This document shows, in pieces, positions 33,371-43,627 of a stretch of DNA of 64,000 nt (position 1 is the stretch's first letter; each line of letters opens with the position of its first letter). The notes under the pieces were generated by a model that had not been told where the DNA came from, did no database searches, and worked only from the letters and a program-made list of their open reading frames with translations. The translations under genes were made by a program, and so were the position numbers. The DNA is taken from contig CBDEFO010000008.1 in assembly GCA_965237525.1 (NCBI GenBank), positions 96,001-160,000 on the forward strand, read 5' to 3'. Source of the stretch: Candidatus Latescibacterota bacterium (GTDB lineage Bacteria; Latescibacterota; CBDEFO01).

Positions 33371-36300
33371 CTATTTATCCACCCTGAAACTGTCAGTCCA
33401 AACCGGTAATGCCGGTTCTTTCCCCTTTTTGAGCATGGTTTTCCAATCCTCATCAGTCAACCGTCGCCCTTCAACAGGAAATTCGTAATAGGTGAAGACG
33501 CCGCCGCGGTTGATCTGTTTCTTTCCTTCAATTTCGACAATCACATCCATCTCACGGATTCTACCCACAGCTTCATGAAGAATTCGATTATTCAAACGGT
33601 CGTTGGCAACATCAGCAATAAGCGAAAGTTCCTCATGAAAAATTTGCCGAGTTGCCTCATAGAAAAATATACACAGATACTCAATTTCAGAACCATAGCG
33701 CCGTATGAATTGGTAATCATGCTCGCTAAATGACTCCCCTCGTAACTCTAATTCCGCAAGTACCTCGAGACGGTCAACGAGTTTTCTGAATTGTTGTGTT
33801 TTTGCAGCAAGTTCAGCAGGCAGCAGCCCCATATTTTCAAGGCCGCTGTAGCTCAGGTCGATCAGGTTGTTCAGGCGGCGAAAGAATTCAGGATTTGGTT
33901 CTACATATCCTTTAGGCTTCGGAATTACCGGCTCCCAACCTTCCCCACCCTCGCCGGCCTCTGCTGAGCTCTGCTTCACATAGAGAATTGTATCGTGACG
34001 AAGCTCAGTCCAGCTTGCAAGGGCGGTGGAAAGGCTCTTATCCTGCCAAGCATCATTACGCATGAACGGAGGATAGATCTCATCAAACTCGGGTAACAGT
34101 CCCCTGAGCATATAAAGCCAGCCCCAGTAGATGTTTTTGTTCCAATCTTCGATACTCACTGACAAGAACTCTCTTTTAAGGTCGGTAATACCGGTACTGA
34201 ACTTTTCATACTTAGTTGCCTCGAATACGCGGTCAAGGATGTCATAAGCCCTCTCCGAGCCGAGTACAGCCATAATGTCAAGCCCTCGTGGGAGAAGCCG
34301 TGGATTGTCAGAAGTACCGACCTCGGGGAAAACGAGTTTTTGATGAATGTAGCTGTCCGGTGTGAACCGCTGAGGCATGAATCTGAACGATCTGTCGTCC
34401 TGGGGTTGAATTCGAGGTCCCTCCTGCTGGCTGACTCGTGCCAAAAAACTGATAAGTTTCTGTTGCTCATAGAATTCTTCATTCGTATGATCTACAAATA
34501 TTCCATCCATCAAGTCTGCATACGTCTGGACATGAAAATCATCGCCGCCGCCGACAAAAAAGGACATCGTTGAAAAAAGTTTCTCCCAGGAATTGAGAAA
34601 ATTCGGATTCTTCAAAAGCAAGTGGGTAATAATTAGGGCTCGGCGAGTCTCAATTAGAGCCTTTTGAGGATTTTCACGGGATTCAGCTCTGAACTTAACC
34701 TGCCCGAGCCATAGCATAGCCTGAAAATACCTGCCCAGTGTCTCATTTTTTGTATAGTGTCCGCGGACAGTGAATTGTGTATAATCGATTCTTGTTCCCA
34801 GGACCGGCGACATGGTAACACCCTGATGTGCTCTTATAAATGAAACCTCCAGTGCTACACTGTCGTTTACGGTTTCCTGTGAGTTGGTCAGAAGATTTTC
34901 TGCCACACTGAAGAAATACTCCAAAAACAACAGATCATCTTTCATGGCCTGTGTTGTAGCTTCGTCTGAAAGCGAATGGATTTCTTTATGGCAGTTCTCC
35001 ACAAGCTCTTCGAGGAGGGGATACAGCTCTTTCTCTTCAACTATTCTGAGTGAGTAGTCAAAAAACAGATGAAACAGTTCGAGTGTGGAATCCACTGTGA
35101 TGAAGAGGGGTATCGGGTAATCGTTATACATGCTGTAAGATTCATAAAACCGATGAAACAGGTGGTGCTGTTTACCGGTTACAACAAACCGATTTTGATT
35201 GAGCTTATCAGCCTGATGCTGGGAATAATTCCGGTACTGCCTGAGATTGGAAACATTATGAAGAGGATAAGACACATCCTGAACAATCAGGCAATCATCT
35301 CCCTTAATAGCAGAAACAAATACAAACCTGCCGCCGTCCGGAGACCAGTCATAATCACCTGTCATTTCATAATCTAATACTAAAGGTTTTTCATCTGAGC
35401 CATCCAGAGCAGCATAATAAAGTGTTTTCTTATTTTGTGATGGTTTACGATATGTCAGTAAGGTTCCGTTAGGGATAATCTGCGGATTCTTTATGATACC
35501 TTCAACCGGTATTTGATGAATACCTTTGACTTTCTTCCCCCATTTTTGGCTGTTCCATCCCTCACAAAGTATCTTTTCCTGGCCTCTCTGACGTAAATAG
35601 ATAATCGTGAGACCTTCAGGTGACCACTCAGGTTGGTCAAAGCTTTCCTTTTCTGACTTTCCACCGACCACAAGAGTAGGAAAAGATCCATCTTCTCCAA
35701 CCATCCAGATCGTGCCATGATTATCTTTTACTGAATTATAGAGAATCGTATTCCCATCATACCTGTTCTTAGGGCCTGTTCTGTTAAAGTTTACGTTATG
35801 CCACTCCAGGGGAGCACAGCGTGGATGGAATTTATTAGATTCTCCATCTGACGTAATTTGAATTTCCCCTTTCCCGTCAGCATTCATGATCCAGAGTTCA
35901 TAGGTACGAGACTCGTTTGTGGAATACACGATTCTTCTGCCATCGCTCATCCAGAATGGATCAATCTCATCAGCCTGAGAATCGGTGACTTGAACTAGGT
36001 TCTCACCGGTTGCATTGATAATCCATATATCATGGTGGTCGTTATCGCCTGCAGCGAAAACGATCCGTTTACCATCGGGAGAGAATTGAGGATTAATTAC
36101 GTTTTGTAGCGGGACCGAAGCACCGAGAATCTCTTGGTTTTCAGCAATGACGGGAAAGTAAAATGCAGTTTTTATTGGTTGCTGTGATGGAAACGCCATA
36201 AACGATTGACTTTCAGAAAATACCGCCGAATCTGCTTGTATCTGTGTGGGCTCTGAAGACTTATTTTTGTCATTCCGAAAGAAAGCAATGTCCATAATGC

Positions 36301-36460
36301 TTAAGGTGATTCCACCCCGGTTACTACCGGCCATTTCGGAGTCAGTTTGCACTACGGCTACCGCAGAGGTCTGCGATTTGGTATGATAGTGAAGTTCCCA
36401 ACCAAGAATACTGGATAGTATAAAAACTGCTCCATACATTACTATTGTTTTAGTTTTCAT
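33371..36460 (-). CDS. PD40/TolB-like beta-propeller fused to a DUF3160 domain
   Basis: PQFSPDG and WSPDG repeats; DYTQFTVRGHYT, YFQAMLWLG, FMPQRFTPDSY, ASWTELRHDTILYVKQS, GYVEPNP, RLTDEDW. Confidence 0.85.
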   Translation of the reverse strand: MKTKTIVMYGAVFILSSILGWELHYHTKSQTSAVAVVQTDSEMAGSNRGGITLSIMDIAFFRNDKNKSSEPTQIQADSAVFSESQSFMAFPSQQPIKTAFYFPVIAENQEILGASVPLQNVINPQFSPDGKRIVFAAGDNDHHDIWIINATGENLVQVTDSQADEIDPFWMSDGRRIVYSTNESRTYELWIMNADGKGEIQITSDGESNKFHPRCAPLEWHNVNFNRTGPKNRYDGNTILYNSVKDNHGTIWMVGEDGSFPTLVVGGKSEKESFDQPEWSPEGLTIIYLRQRGQEKILCEGWNSQKWGKKVKGIHQIPVEGIIKNPQIIPNGTLLTYRKPSQNKKTLYYAALDGSDEKPLVLDYEMTGDYDWSPDGGRFVFVSAIKGDDCLIVQDVSYPLHNVSNLRQYRNYSQHQADKLNQNRFVVTGKQHHLFHRFYESYSMYNDYPIPLFITVDSTLELFHLFFDYSLRIVEEKELYPLLEELVENCHKEIHSLSDEATTQAMKDDLLFLEYFFSVAENLLTNSQETVNDSVALEVSFIRAHQGVTMSPVLGTRIDYTQFTVRGHYTKNETLGRYFQAMLWLGQVKFRAESRENPQKALIETRRALIITHLLLKNPNFLNSWEKLFSTMSFFVGGGDDFHVQTYADLMDGIFVDHTNEEFYEQQKLISFLARVSQQEGPRIQPQDDRSFRFMPQRFTPDSYIHQKLVFPEVGTSDNPRLLPRGLDIMAVLGSERAYDILDRVFEATKYEKFSTGITDLKREFLSVSIEDWNKNIYWGWLYMLRGLLPEFDEIYPPFMRNDAWQDKSLSTALASWTELRHDTILYVKQSSAEAGEGGEGWEPVIPKPKGYVEPNPEFFRRLNNLIDLSYSGLENMGLLPAELAAKTQQFRKLVDRLEVLAELELRGESFSEHDYQFIRRYGSEIEYLCIFFYEATRQIFHEELSLIADVANDRLNNRILHEAVGRIREMDVIVEIEGKKQINRGGVFTYYEFPVEGRRLTDEDWKTMLKKGKEPALPVWTDSFRVDK

Positions 36461-36516
36461 TGCAGCGCCTCTTTTGGTTTAATTTCCATACCACTGACGG
36501 CATATCGTTTTTTCCA

Positions 36517-37179
36517 TCATCGACCGGCAAGTTGAATATCACCATAACCTTGGGAGTCTTTTAAGATTACTGATAATGTAAATGGTTTATCATCGAGGAT
36601 TATTTCTGTCAACAGGTCGAATCCGAAACCGTTCCAGGTATAGACACACAGATACATGGTATTGCGGTTCTTTCGTCCGCGTTCGATAGTAATAAGCTCC
36701 TCTGCAGCGTCACCTGCCACATTACCAAATGCAGCGCATTCAAACGGCTTGCTCAGAAACGTTCCGCGCCACAGGGCATAGAGGTGATCATCACGCCAGC
36801 CATAGATATGGAGGCGGTTATCCTTTTGGGGATCACGGGGCTCTTTTTTATAGAGGGTGAGAGCAAGTTCATCGAAACCGTCCCCGTTGACATCGGCAAG
36901 ATCGATGGAACGGATCGGTGAGGGTGGGCTTTTCCAGAGCAGATCCTGACTGTTTCCATTCTGCCGATAAATCTCGATATAATTACTGTCAATGGCACCA
37001 CTGACCGGTGAAATCAGCACAATCCGGTTACTATCTGTGATGCCTGTTAAGCATCCGGTGCAGGATTTCAGGATTCGGTGAGAACCGGTTATGTCGGCCA
37101 TACGGGAGCGCACAACATATCCGGTCAAAAGTCCGGTTAGTATAATGAAGATGACAATACTGTTCAATCGAAATAGCAT
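36517..37179 (-). CDS. Exported FG-GAP/VCBS-like repeat protein (possibly prematurely stopped)
   Basis: ADVNGDGFDEL, LWRGTFLSKP, YTWNGFGF; the frame continues 19 sense codons past the TGA to an ATGA overlap with the next gene. Confidence 0.7.
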   Translation of the reverse strand: MLFRLNSIVIFIILTGLLTGYVVRSRMADITGSHRILKSCTGCLTGITDSNRIVLISPVSGAIDSNYIEIYRQNGNSQDLLWKSPPSPIRSIDLADVNGDGFDELALTLYKKEPRDPQKDNRLHIYGWRDDHLYALWRGTFLSKPFECAAFGNVAGDAAEELITIERGRKNRNTMYLCVYTWNGFGFDLLTEIILDDKPFTLSVILKDSQGYGDIQLAGR

Positions 37180-37440
37180 GTGCTATTTTCTCGGTAGTAA
37201 TCTGTTTTACGGATGGTTATGTCTTGTAGTTCGCGGTCTGATGTCTTGAAATAAAGATTACTTCGATAAACCACTCTGGACAAATATGGCACTGAGGATT
37301 TGGAATAGGTTCAGGGAAATTTCGAGAACTTGATAGAGGAGCTAGTTTAAGTAAGAATAACCTTCGTAGTTTCTGCGGACATAAGGAAGAAGCCACTTAC
37401 ACAACAAAGCTGACGGCTTCTAATTACAAGTCTTTAGCTC

Positions 37441-37490
37441 TGATGGGCTATGTGCGATTCGAACGCGCGACCTTTGGTTCCGGAGACCCA
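37441..37490 (-). pseudogene. Degenerate 3' half of tRNA-Arg(CCG), probable att site
   Basis: Minus strand: tgggt-CTCCGGA-accaa-aggtc-gcgcg-TTCGAAT-cgcac-atagccca; anticodon arm and T-arm present, D-arm and 5' acceptor strand absent. Confidence 0.8.
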
Positions 37491-37799
37491 AAATGTTTTC
37501 TCCTCGTGTTTCCTGTTGTTCCCTAACTCTTTACTTTATTTAGGCTAACAGCCTCTTACCTTTTACGGTGTTTCTTTGTTTTTCACTGTGTTTTGGCTCA
37601 TTCCAGTAGAAATTTAGTAGAAGAGTCTTTGAAAAATCTACCTATGGCTATTTAGTTTTCACAGATACGTCCGCAGGTATGAGCTAAGTAACGTATCCAG
37701 ACTAATGGAGGCTTTCTCACTTCCAGACTGAAAACATGATGCTCTGGTCTTTCGCAATTCTCTATTGACATCCACTATTTTATATTGTATGTTCACACC

Positions 37800-38473
37800 T
37801 AATTGATCGACACCGCCGGGCACCTGGCTCACACAGTGCAACGGCACAGTCCTGAGCTGCAAAAGGTATTCCTCAAACGTGTCGAAACGCTGGTTTCCAA
37901 CATTGAGAGGCTGTTGAAGGTCTTCCGCGTCAACAACAAACGCGTCTTCTTCACGCGCCACGGTGCGCTAACCAGCGATGGTGGCGATCTCGTTTTACAC
38001 CGCCGTAGCCGAGAGGAAGTCGCGCTGGCTTCCACCAAAGGCGAATCAGGTCACAGGGCCATCAAGGGCGACCGCGCCTACGAGTTGCTCCTCGGCCCGG
38101 CGAGTCGCTCCTGGACAAAAACACCAGCAGCGCATTCCACACCAGCCCAATTGACCTCCATTTGCGAAATATGCAGATCGAGACCGTCGTGCTGACTGGC
38201 GTCGCATCGGACCAATGCGTGCTGGCCACGGCCATCGTTGCGGCTGAGCGCGGATTCCACGTCATTATCGCGACGGATGCCGTTGCCAACCTCGACGCGG
38301 GCAGCGCCGAAGCCACACAGTTCCTCTTCGGCCGCGTGTGGCGTTATGTGATGAGTACGGACGGCATCATTCACTGGATGACGACAGGACAGAAGCCAAG
38401 TGTGCCAATGTGGTTACTCCTTATAATTATTTCTGCTCATGCCGACGTAAAACGGTTCAAATGTCGTCAATAG
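37800..38473 (+). pseudogene. Isochorismatase/cysteine hydrolase pseudogene
   Basis: Fragments NIERLLKVFR...VFFTRH and LRNMQIETVVLTGVASDQCVLATA...GFHVII in different frames. Confidence 0.7.
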
Positions 38474-38531
38474 AATCGGGTTCGGAAGTTTTTGGGCTTC
38501 ACCTCCAAGCCCACATGTCCCACTCGTTTAT

Positions 38532-39623
38532 TCAAAAATCGAAACCTCCTATATCAAAATCTCCAAGATCTAAATCTCCGATTGAGTCCAGCCATCCCCC
38601 GCTATCGGAAGCGATATCTCCAATTGATTCCGTCTCTTCCACGCTACCGGAACCGATCACGGTTGCCCCAGTGTCAATCGAAACTCCACTGGCATCGGCG
38701 CCCTCCGTGATAGAGATCCCATCAAACTGTTCAAAATCACTGGTACCCCAACTCTCCTCTGCCACCTCTGTGATTATGCCGCCGCTCGGCTCTACATAGG
38801 TAAAATTACTCTGGTGTAACGCTTGGGCTAACGCTTGGGCTTCCGTTAAATTGTGCCAATACCAGAGGTAGTACAAGTCCGACTCCGAGTCATAGCCGTA
38901 GAAGGGGTATCCGTAGTCAATATACTCTTCATAATCTCCTGCTTCAACACTTCTCTGCTTTCTCACGACGCGCGTTTCTGTTTCTACCTGGATACCTTCG
39001 ATCCCTAATCGGCGCTTAAAGCCCTCTTTGATCCGCTTCAGAAATTCCTCAAAGTGTGTTTGCAAACGCTGGCGGAACTGGTCGAAAGCTTCTTGGGAAG
39101 CAAAATAGCGTTCCGTCCGAGCGGAATAGGCTTCCGTTGATTCGTCACCTTTGCGTTTCAACTCAGAACTCAGCGCTGTGATGTGGATGACGATCGGATC
39201 CACGTCTGGGCGGTGTTGTCGGTAGATGTCAAAGTCAATGACGTAACTGAGGACGCCGTCATCGCGTTTTAGGATATAGTCGAACCGATCCAGATACCCT
39301 AGCTCCAGCCCCTCTTTCACTTTACGCTGCAACGCCTCCATCGCTAAATCAAGGTCGTTGGGAACATTCTCAAAGTCCTCGTAGATGACCGTATCTCCAA
39401 TCGCAACTCGCACCACATTATCGACACCACACTCCCGCAGTACCTCATTCGTTGATTGCACCACAGCCATCAGCTTAAACGTTTCCTGTTGAACTCGTGC
39501 ATCGGTATCTAACCATGAACCTTTCCTGATTAGATTCGCCACACCGCCGAAAAAATCTTTGGGCAGCATGAGTTGTACTTGCGTCCCTTTAAGATTGATC
39601 GAAACGGTCCCTCGCAAATACAT
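38532..39623 (-). CDS. Hypothetical protein with Tyr-rich segment and acidic Gly/Asp-rich tail
   Basis: Long ORF with AGGAGG RBS, downstream of pspA; ends DSGGWLDSIGDLDLGDFDIGGFDF. Confidence 0.75.
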   Translation of the reverse strand: MYLRGTVSINLKGTQVQLMLPKDFFGGVANLIRKGSWLDTDARVQQETFKLMAVVQSTNEVLRECGVDNVVRVAIGDTVIYEDFENVPNDLDLAMEALQRKVKEGLELGYLDRFDYILKRDDGVLSYVIDFDIYRQHRPDVDPIVIHITALSSELKRKGDESTEAYSARTERYFASQEAFDQFRQRLQTHFEEFLKRIKEGFKRRLGIEGIQVETETRVVRKQRSVEAGDYEEYIDYGYPFYGYDSESDLYYLWYWHNLTEAQALAQALHQSNFTYVEPSGGIITEVAEESWGTSDFEQFDGISITEGADASGVSIDTGATVIGSGSVEETESIGDIASDSGGWLDSIGDLDLGDFDIGGFDF

Positions 39624-39874
39624 GCTAGACCTCCTTGTAATGAAAGAAATGTGGGTCAACCACTACGAAATAGCGCTTCACAACGACGAAGGCGCGGATT
39701 AAACTCAAACGACTGTATCCTCTATAACAATTATGGCAGAATATAACCACTCGTGAGTGGTGGAGGGCAACATCCAAGGGCGGGGTTTGAAGCCCCGCCC
39801 GCGGATCGCCGATGTTGAGCAGCGCCAAAGGCAGTAGATCGACGTGGTTTCACAGTTTATTGAGCCTTGCGCAT

Positions 39875-40543
39875 CTACTTTTTCTTCATCTTTTCCTTCA
39901 AAGCTACAAGCTCATTGTCCGCACTGCCTTCCTGCTCGAGCTTGGCAAACTCGTCATCCAGCGAGTCTTCTCCTGCAAGCTCAGCGTGAGCCTCAGCTTC
40001 GGACTCGGAAGTTTCGATCTTCTGTTCCAATCTGTCAAAGCTTGCAAAAGCGTCTCCTCCCAGTCCTGAGACGCTTTGAGCGAGCTCTTTTTTTGCCTGC
40101 GCTGCTCTATGCCTGGCTATTAGAGTGCCCTGACGAACACGAGCCTCCTCAAGCTTTGTCTTCAACTGATCCAGCTGAGCCTTTAAATACCTGGATGTAT
40201 TTCTTGCCTCCTCCAGGACAGGCGAAAGATCATCTGCCGCCTTAGTCAGCGCAGTCTTTCTTTCCAGGGCTTTTCTGCCGAGGTCGTCGTTTCCCTTTTC
40301 TACAGCTAACATCGCCTTCCTCTCCCACTCTTTCGCCTGCTTCTTCTTATTTTCGTACTCCCTTTTCAATCTCTTCTGGTTGGCGATAGCCACTCCCACA
40401 GACGCTGTGGACTTATTTACCGCCGCCTCCATATCTATCACCATCTGCTTGATCATCTTCTCAGGGTCCTCAGCCCCGTCCAAAAGCGCATTGATGTTGG
40501 CTTTAGTGATGTCAACTGCGCGAGAAAACATTCCCTTTGCCAT
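39875..40543 (-). CDS. pspA: PspA/IM30 family protein
   Basis: ANINALLDGAEDPEKMIKQ, coiled coil, FDRLEQKI, ELVALKEKM; AGGAGG RBS. Confidence 0.92.
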   Translation of the reverse strand: MAKGMFSRAVDITKANINALLDGAEDPEKMIKQMVIDMEAAVNKSTASVGVAIANQKRLKREYENKKKQAKEWERKAMLAVEKGNDDLGRKALERKTALTKAADDLSPVLEEARNTSRYLKAQLDQLKTKLEEARVRQGTLIARHRAAQAKKELAQSVSGLGGDAFASFDRLEQKIETSESEAEAHAELAGEDSLDDEFAKLEQEGSADNELVALKEKMKKK

Positions 40544-40899
40544 TTTTGATTACCTCCTTTTGGTTAGTTATAGTGATAACCCTCATTTACGATTGAGTCC
40601 GTAAATTTCTGTAAATTTGGTTGAACCAAAAAAGGTCATCGCCCAACCGAGGGCGGGACGCCGTAGCGATTCTCTTTGCTGTCGTACCCGTCGTTCATGG
40701 ACCTGGCCAGGCATGCCGCCGATGTATTTGAATTCGTTCTCGTGCCCGCACAGCCACATGTACATCCGCGCCGAATCGTTACTCTCCAGGAAATTGCGGC
40801 CCAGCTCTGTCAGTGCTCTTGGAGGGCCTCGGCGATTCTGAAGGAATAAAGGCTGCAGTGTCGACTGTAGAAGCGAAGCTTCGCCCCTGTCGCAAGCAC

Positions 40900-42388
40900 C
40901 TACGCCGGCAACTGGGACTTTCCACCCCAGCACACCACGTGCCTGGTCGAGTCGCCACGAAACGTTTCGCACGCAGAACGTTCGTACCCCGGCACCACGT
41001 CATCATTGGCGTCGGACAGCTCCACGTCGAGATACCCCTCTGGCTCGCACGCGACGTTCACAATCAACTGCCTGCCGTCACTGACGAAGGGACGTGTGAT
41101 CAGGAGGCCCTCCCGGATGGTTGAATCGATCGAGACGAACCCTTCCAGGCGGAGCGTTGCCAGACCCAGAGCCGTTTCGCCACCGTTCCATCCCGCACGC
41201 GCCTCGGGCACGTCCAGCCCTTCCTTCTCACCAAACCACCACCAGTCGTGATGGACATTGGCCCCGCCAAAGTAGATGCGTATCTCGTCGTCCAGGAACA
41301 GCGGTCTGCTGCAGACCTCCACCATATAGCAGTCCCATGCGCCCTCGGGGCTAACATCCAGGAAAGGTTGCCCCCGGCTGACCCACCTCCAATGGCAGCC
41401 GTCCCGGCTAGAGAGCAGATGGAAGCTCAACATGTTGTGCGTTCGGCGAAAGATGTTCAGGAAGGCGACATGAAGGTCTCCCATTCGGAAGCGCACCAGT
41501 CCATAGAACTCGTCATCGAGGTTGTCCTCAGCGTCGTCGGGGACAAGCATCTCCCGCAATACCGGCCAGTCCTTGATATCTTGGGAACTGAATGAGAAGA
41601 TTCTGCGCTTGCTCATCCGCCACGGATCATTGGGATAGTACGGCGGAGCCCATCCTCCAGCTACATCGTGCTTCGGGTTGAATGACGCCTCCTGCATCCC
41701 CCTGGCCCGCGTATCAAGGTAATACTCGCCCGCAACCGTGTCGGCGGAGAGGATGATCACATCGCCCAGTTGCCGTTCGGAGGACTGGCCGATCTGCAGC
41801 GGATGGTCATACGGTGTCCACCGACGGCCGAATGAGCCGTGGCGATTCTCGCCTCGTCGGGACCAGCCTTCTCGGTCCAGTAGATCGCCTTGTAGCGGTA
41901 GGTCTCCTCGGTCTCGAACGGATCCAACAGGACGGAGCAGGCGTGCACCTTGCCGTACCGCTCATTGTCCATGCAGATGTTTGTCTTCCGCCCGGCGATG
42001 CTCCGGCAGTCTAGCTCCGGCTTTTCCCAATGGATGCCGTCACTGGATTCCGCGTACAGTAACCGGTGGTCGCAGGTCTTGTGGAAGTCCCAGTGCAGCA
42101 GGTTGTCTGCGGACGGCTCCATGCTCATGAATGCTTCATAGTCGAAGCCTATGTCCTCGTACCAGAACTTGAACAGTTGCTCCTGTTCATCCCAATGCAC
42201 GTTCCAGGTGTTGGTGCGGACGAACACGACCTTTTCCCACGTCCTGTCCTTCCTCACAAGCCGATTCTCACCGTGCTTCCTCGGTTTGTGCATCATCCGC
42301 GTGACAAAGTTGACCATCTCGATCATGTAGTTGTCGAAAATAGTTGCGGTATCTGGCTGATGTTCAGCGGTGTGGGTGTGGTCCTCAT
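40900..42388 (-). pseudogene. Five-bladed beta-propeller glycosidase-like (GH32/43-type fold) pseudogene
   Basis: YAESSDGIHWEKP, SSRDGCHW, IRIYFGG and LGLATLRLEGFVS across frameshifted ORFs. Confidence 0.65.
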
Positions 42389-42469
42389 AGAGTTCGTCCT
42401 ATCTGTGATGCCGATTGGAGTGGCCGCGTCTTGGCCATGGTGTGTTCCTGTCGCAACCGGCCATCGTGC

Positions 42470-42828
42470 GGGTAAAGAGCCCGTGCGTGTACACGCTCTC
42501 AGGCCACATCAAGGCTCGAGGAACTCGATGATGGGCGGATGCCCGATCAGATATCGGACGACGCGGGGGACTCAGCGTCCCATGGCATAGGTCTGGGCCT
42601 CGCTGTAGTCCTTGTGCTGCATGGGCAGGTCCGCCTCAGTTCGCCCTTGAGTCTTTCAATCTGTGGGACGTCGAGCACATCGGGCAGCACAACGTGGCCC
42701 TCCACCTCTAAGTGCCGGATGCGCTCGGCCAGGGTAAAGGAGCCGAAGTCGGTCCGGTCAATGTGCATGAAGCCAATTTCTTCGTCTTCTATATCCAGCT
42801 CGACATTACTTTGCGTGCTGCATCTCAT
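42470..42828 (-). pseudogene. Phytanoyl-CoA dioxygenase (PhyH)-like fragment
   Basis: ERIRHLEVEGHVVLPDVL N-terminus, followed by frameshifts. Confidence 0.5.
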
Positions 42829-43377
42829 TATCCGAAAAACCTGACCTACGCCTCCTCACAGCCCGACGTTGTTCAGGCTCAGGCCTTTCACTCTCTGTAG
42901 TCATCACCGTAGTCTCCAGGCAGGATGTACAGGTCATAAAACGTAATGAGGACTCCTGAATTCCCTCATGTTCCTTCGCGGCCAGACCTAAATCGAAAAC
43001 GCCAGTATTGTCCGTCTCACCTTTGCCGCGATATGGAGTCTACCCATCAGAATAGCTCCCCGTACAGTCACATAAGATACATTCATCCATAACTTTCGTC
43101 AAGAAATATTACCCGCTATTGGCCATATTAAGCTCTAAGAATGGTTGTACTGTTGGCACAACATATTATATTACAATTGGTATAGCTTGTACTACAACCC
43201 GTGAAATCATAGTCAGCGCTACATACCAAAGATAAGTTGAGCTAAAATAATAGTATCTCTTTATGCATGTCAAGAATTTTATTGTAGATTTTTCATACCG
43301 CTCCCGTTGACAGAGCGACAAATATTTCGCAAATTGGGGTTTGAGGCTTGTCTCCGAGTGATGCTATCGGGGATTGG

Positions 43378-43627
43378 AATGGTGTTGTAGAGCGTTTCTT
43401 CAGGACCCTCAAGCAAGAATGTTCCCGATTGAATCCATCGGGGATTGGCTTCACAACTTTGAATCCTTTGAACAAGCTGAGAAGATCATATCTCAGTGGA
43501 TCGATAATTACAACAAGAAGCGTCTTCATTCATCCCTGGGGTACAAGACCCAGGAAGAGTGGAGAAAACAGTTTTATCTACTACCCCAGGTTGCTTAATT
43601 GGTGTCGCTTTCCTGGGGGGCACTACA
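43378..43627 (+). mobile_element. IS3-like remnant (integrase C-terminus plus right end)
   Basis: NGVVERFFRTLKQEC / WLHNFESFE...WIDNYNKKRLHSSLGYKT; ends CACTACA; frame broken by a palindrome at 43423. Confidence 0.8.

Noticed and set aside
10593..36519. In-frame TGA as selenocysteine
   Set aside because: The IS site is Arg in sister copies, and the others are not at recognisable catalytic Cys positions.
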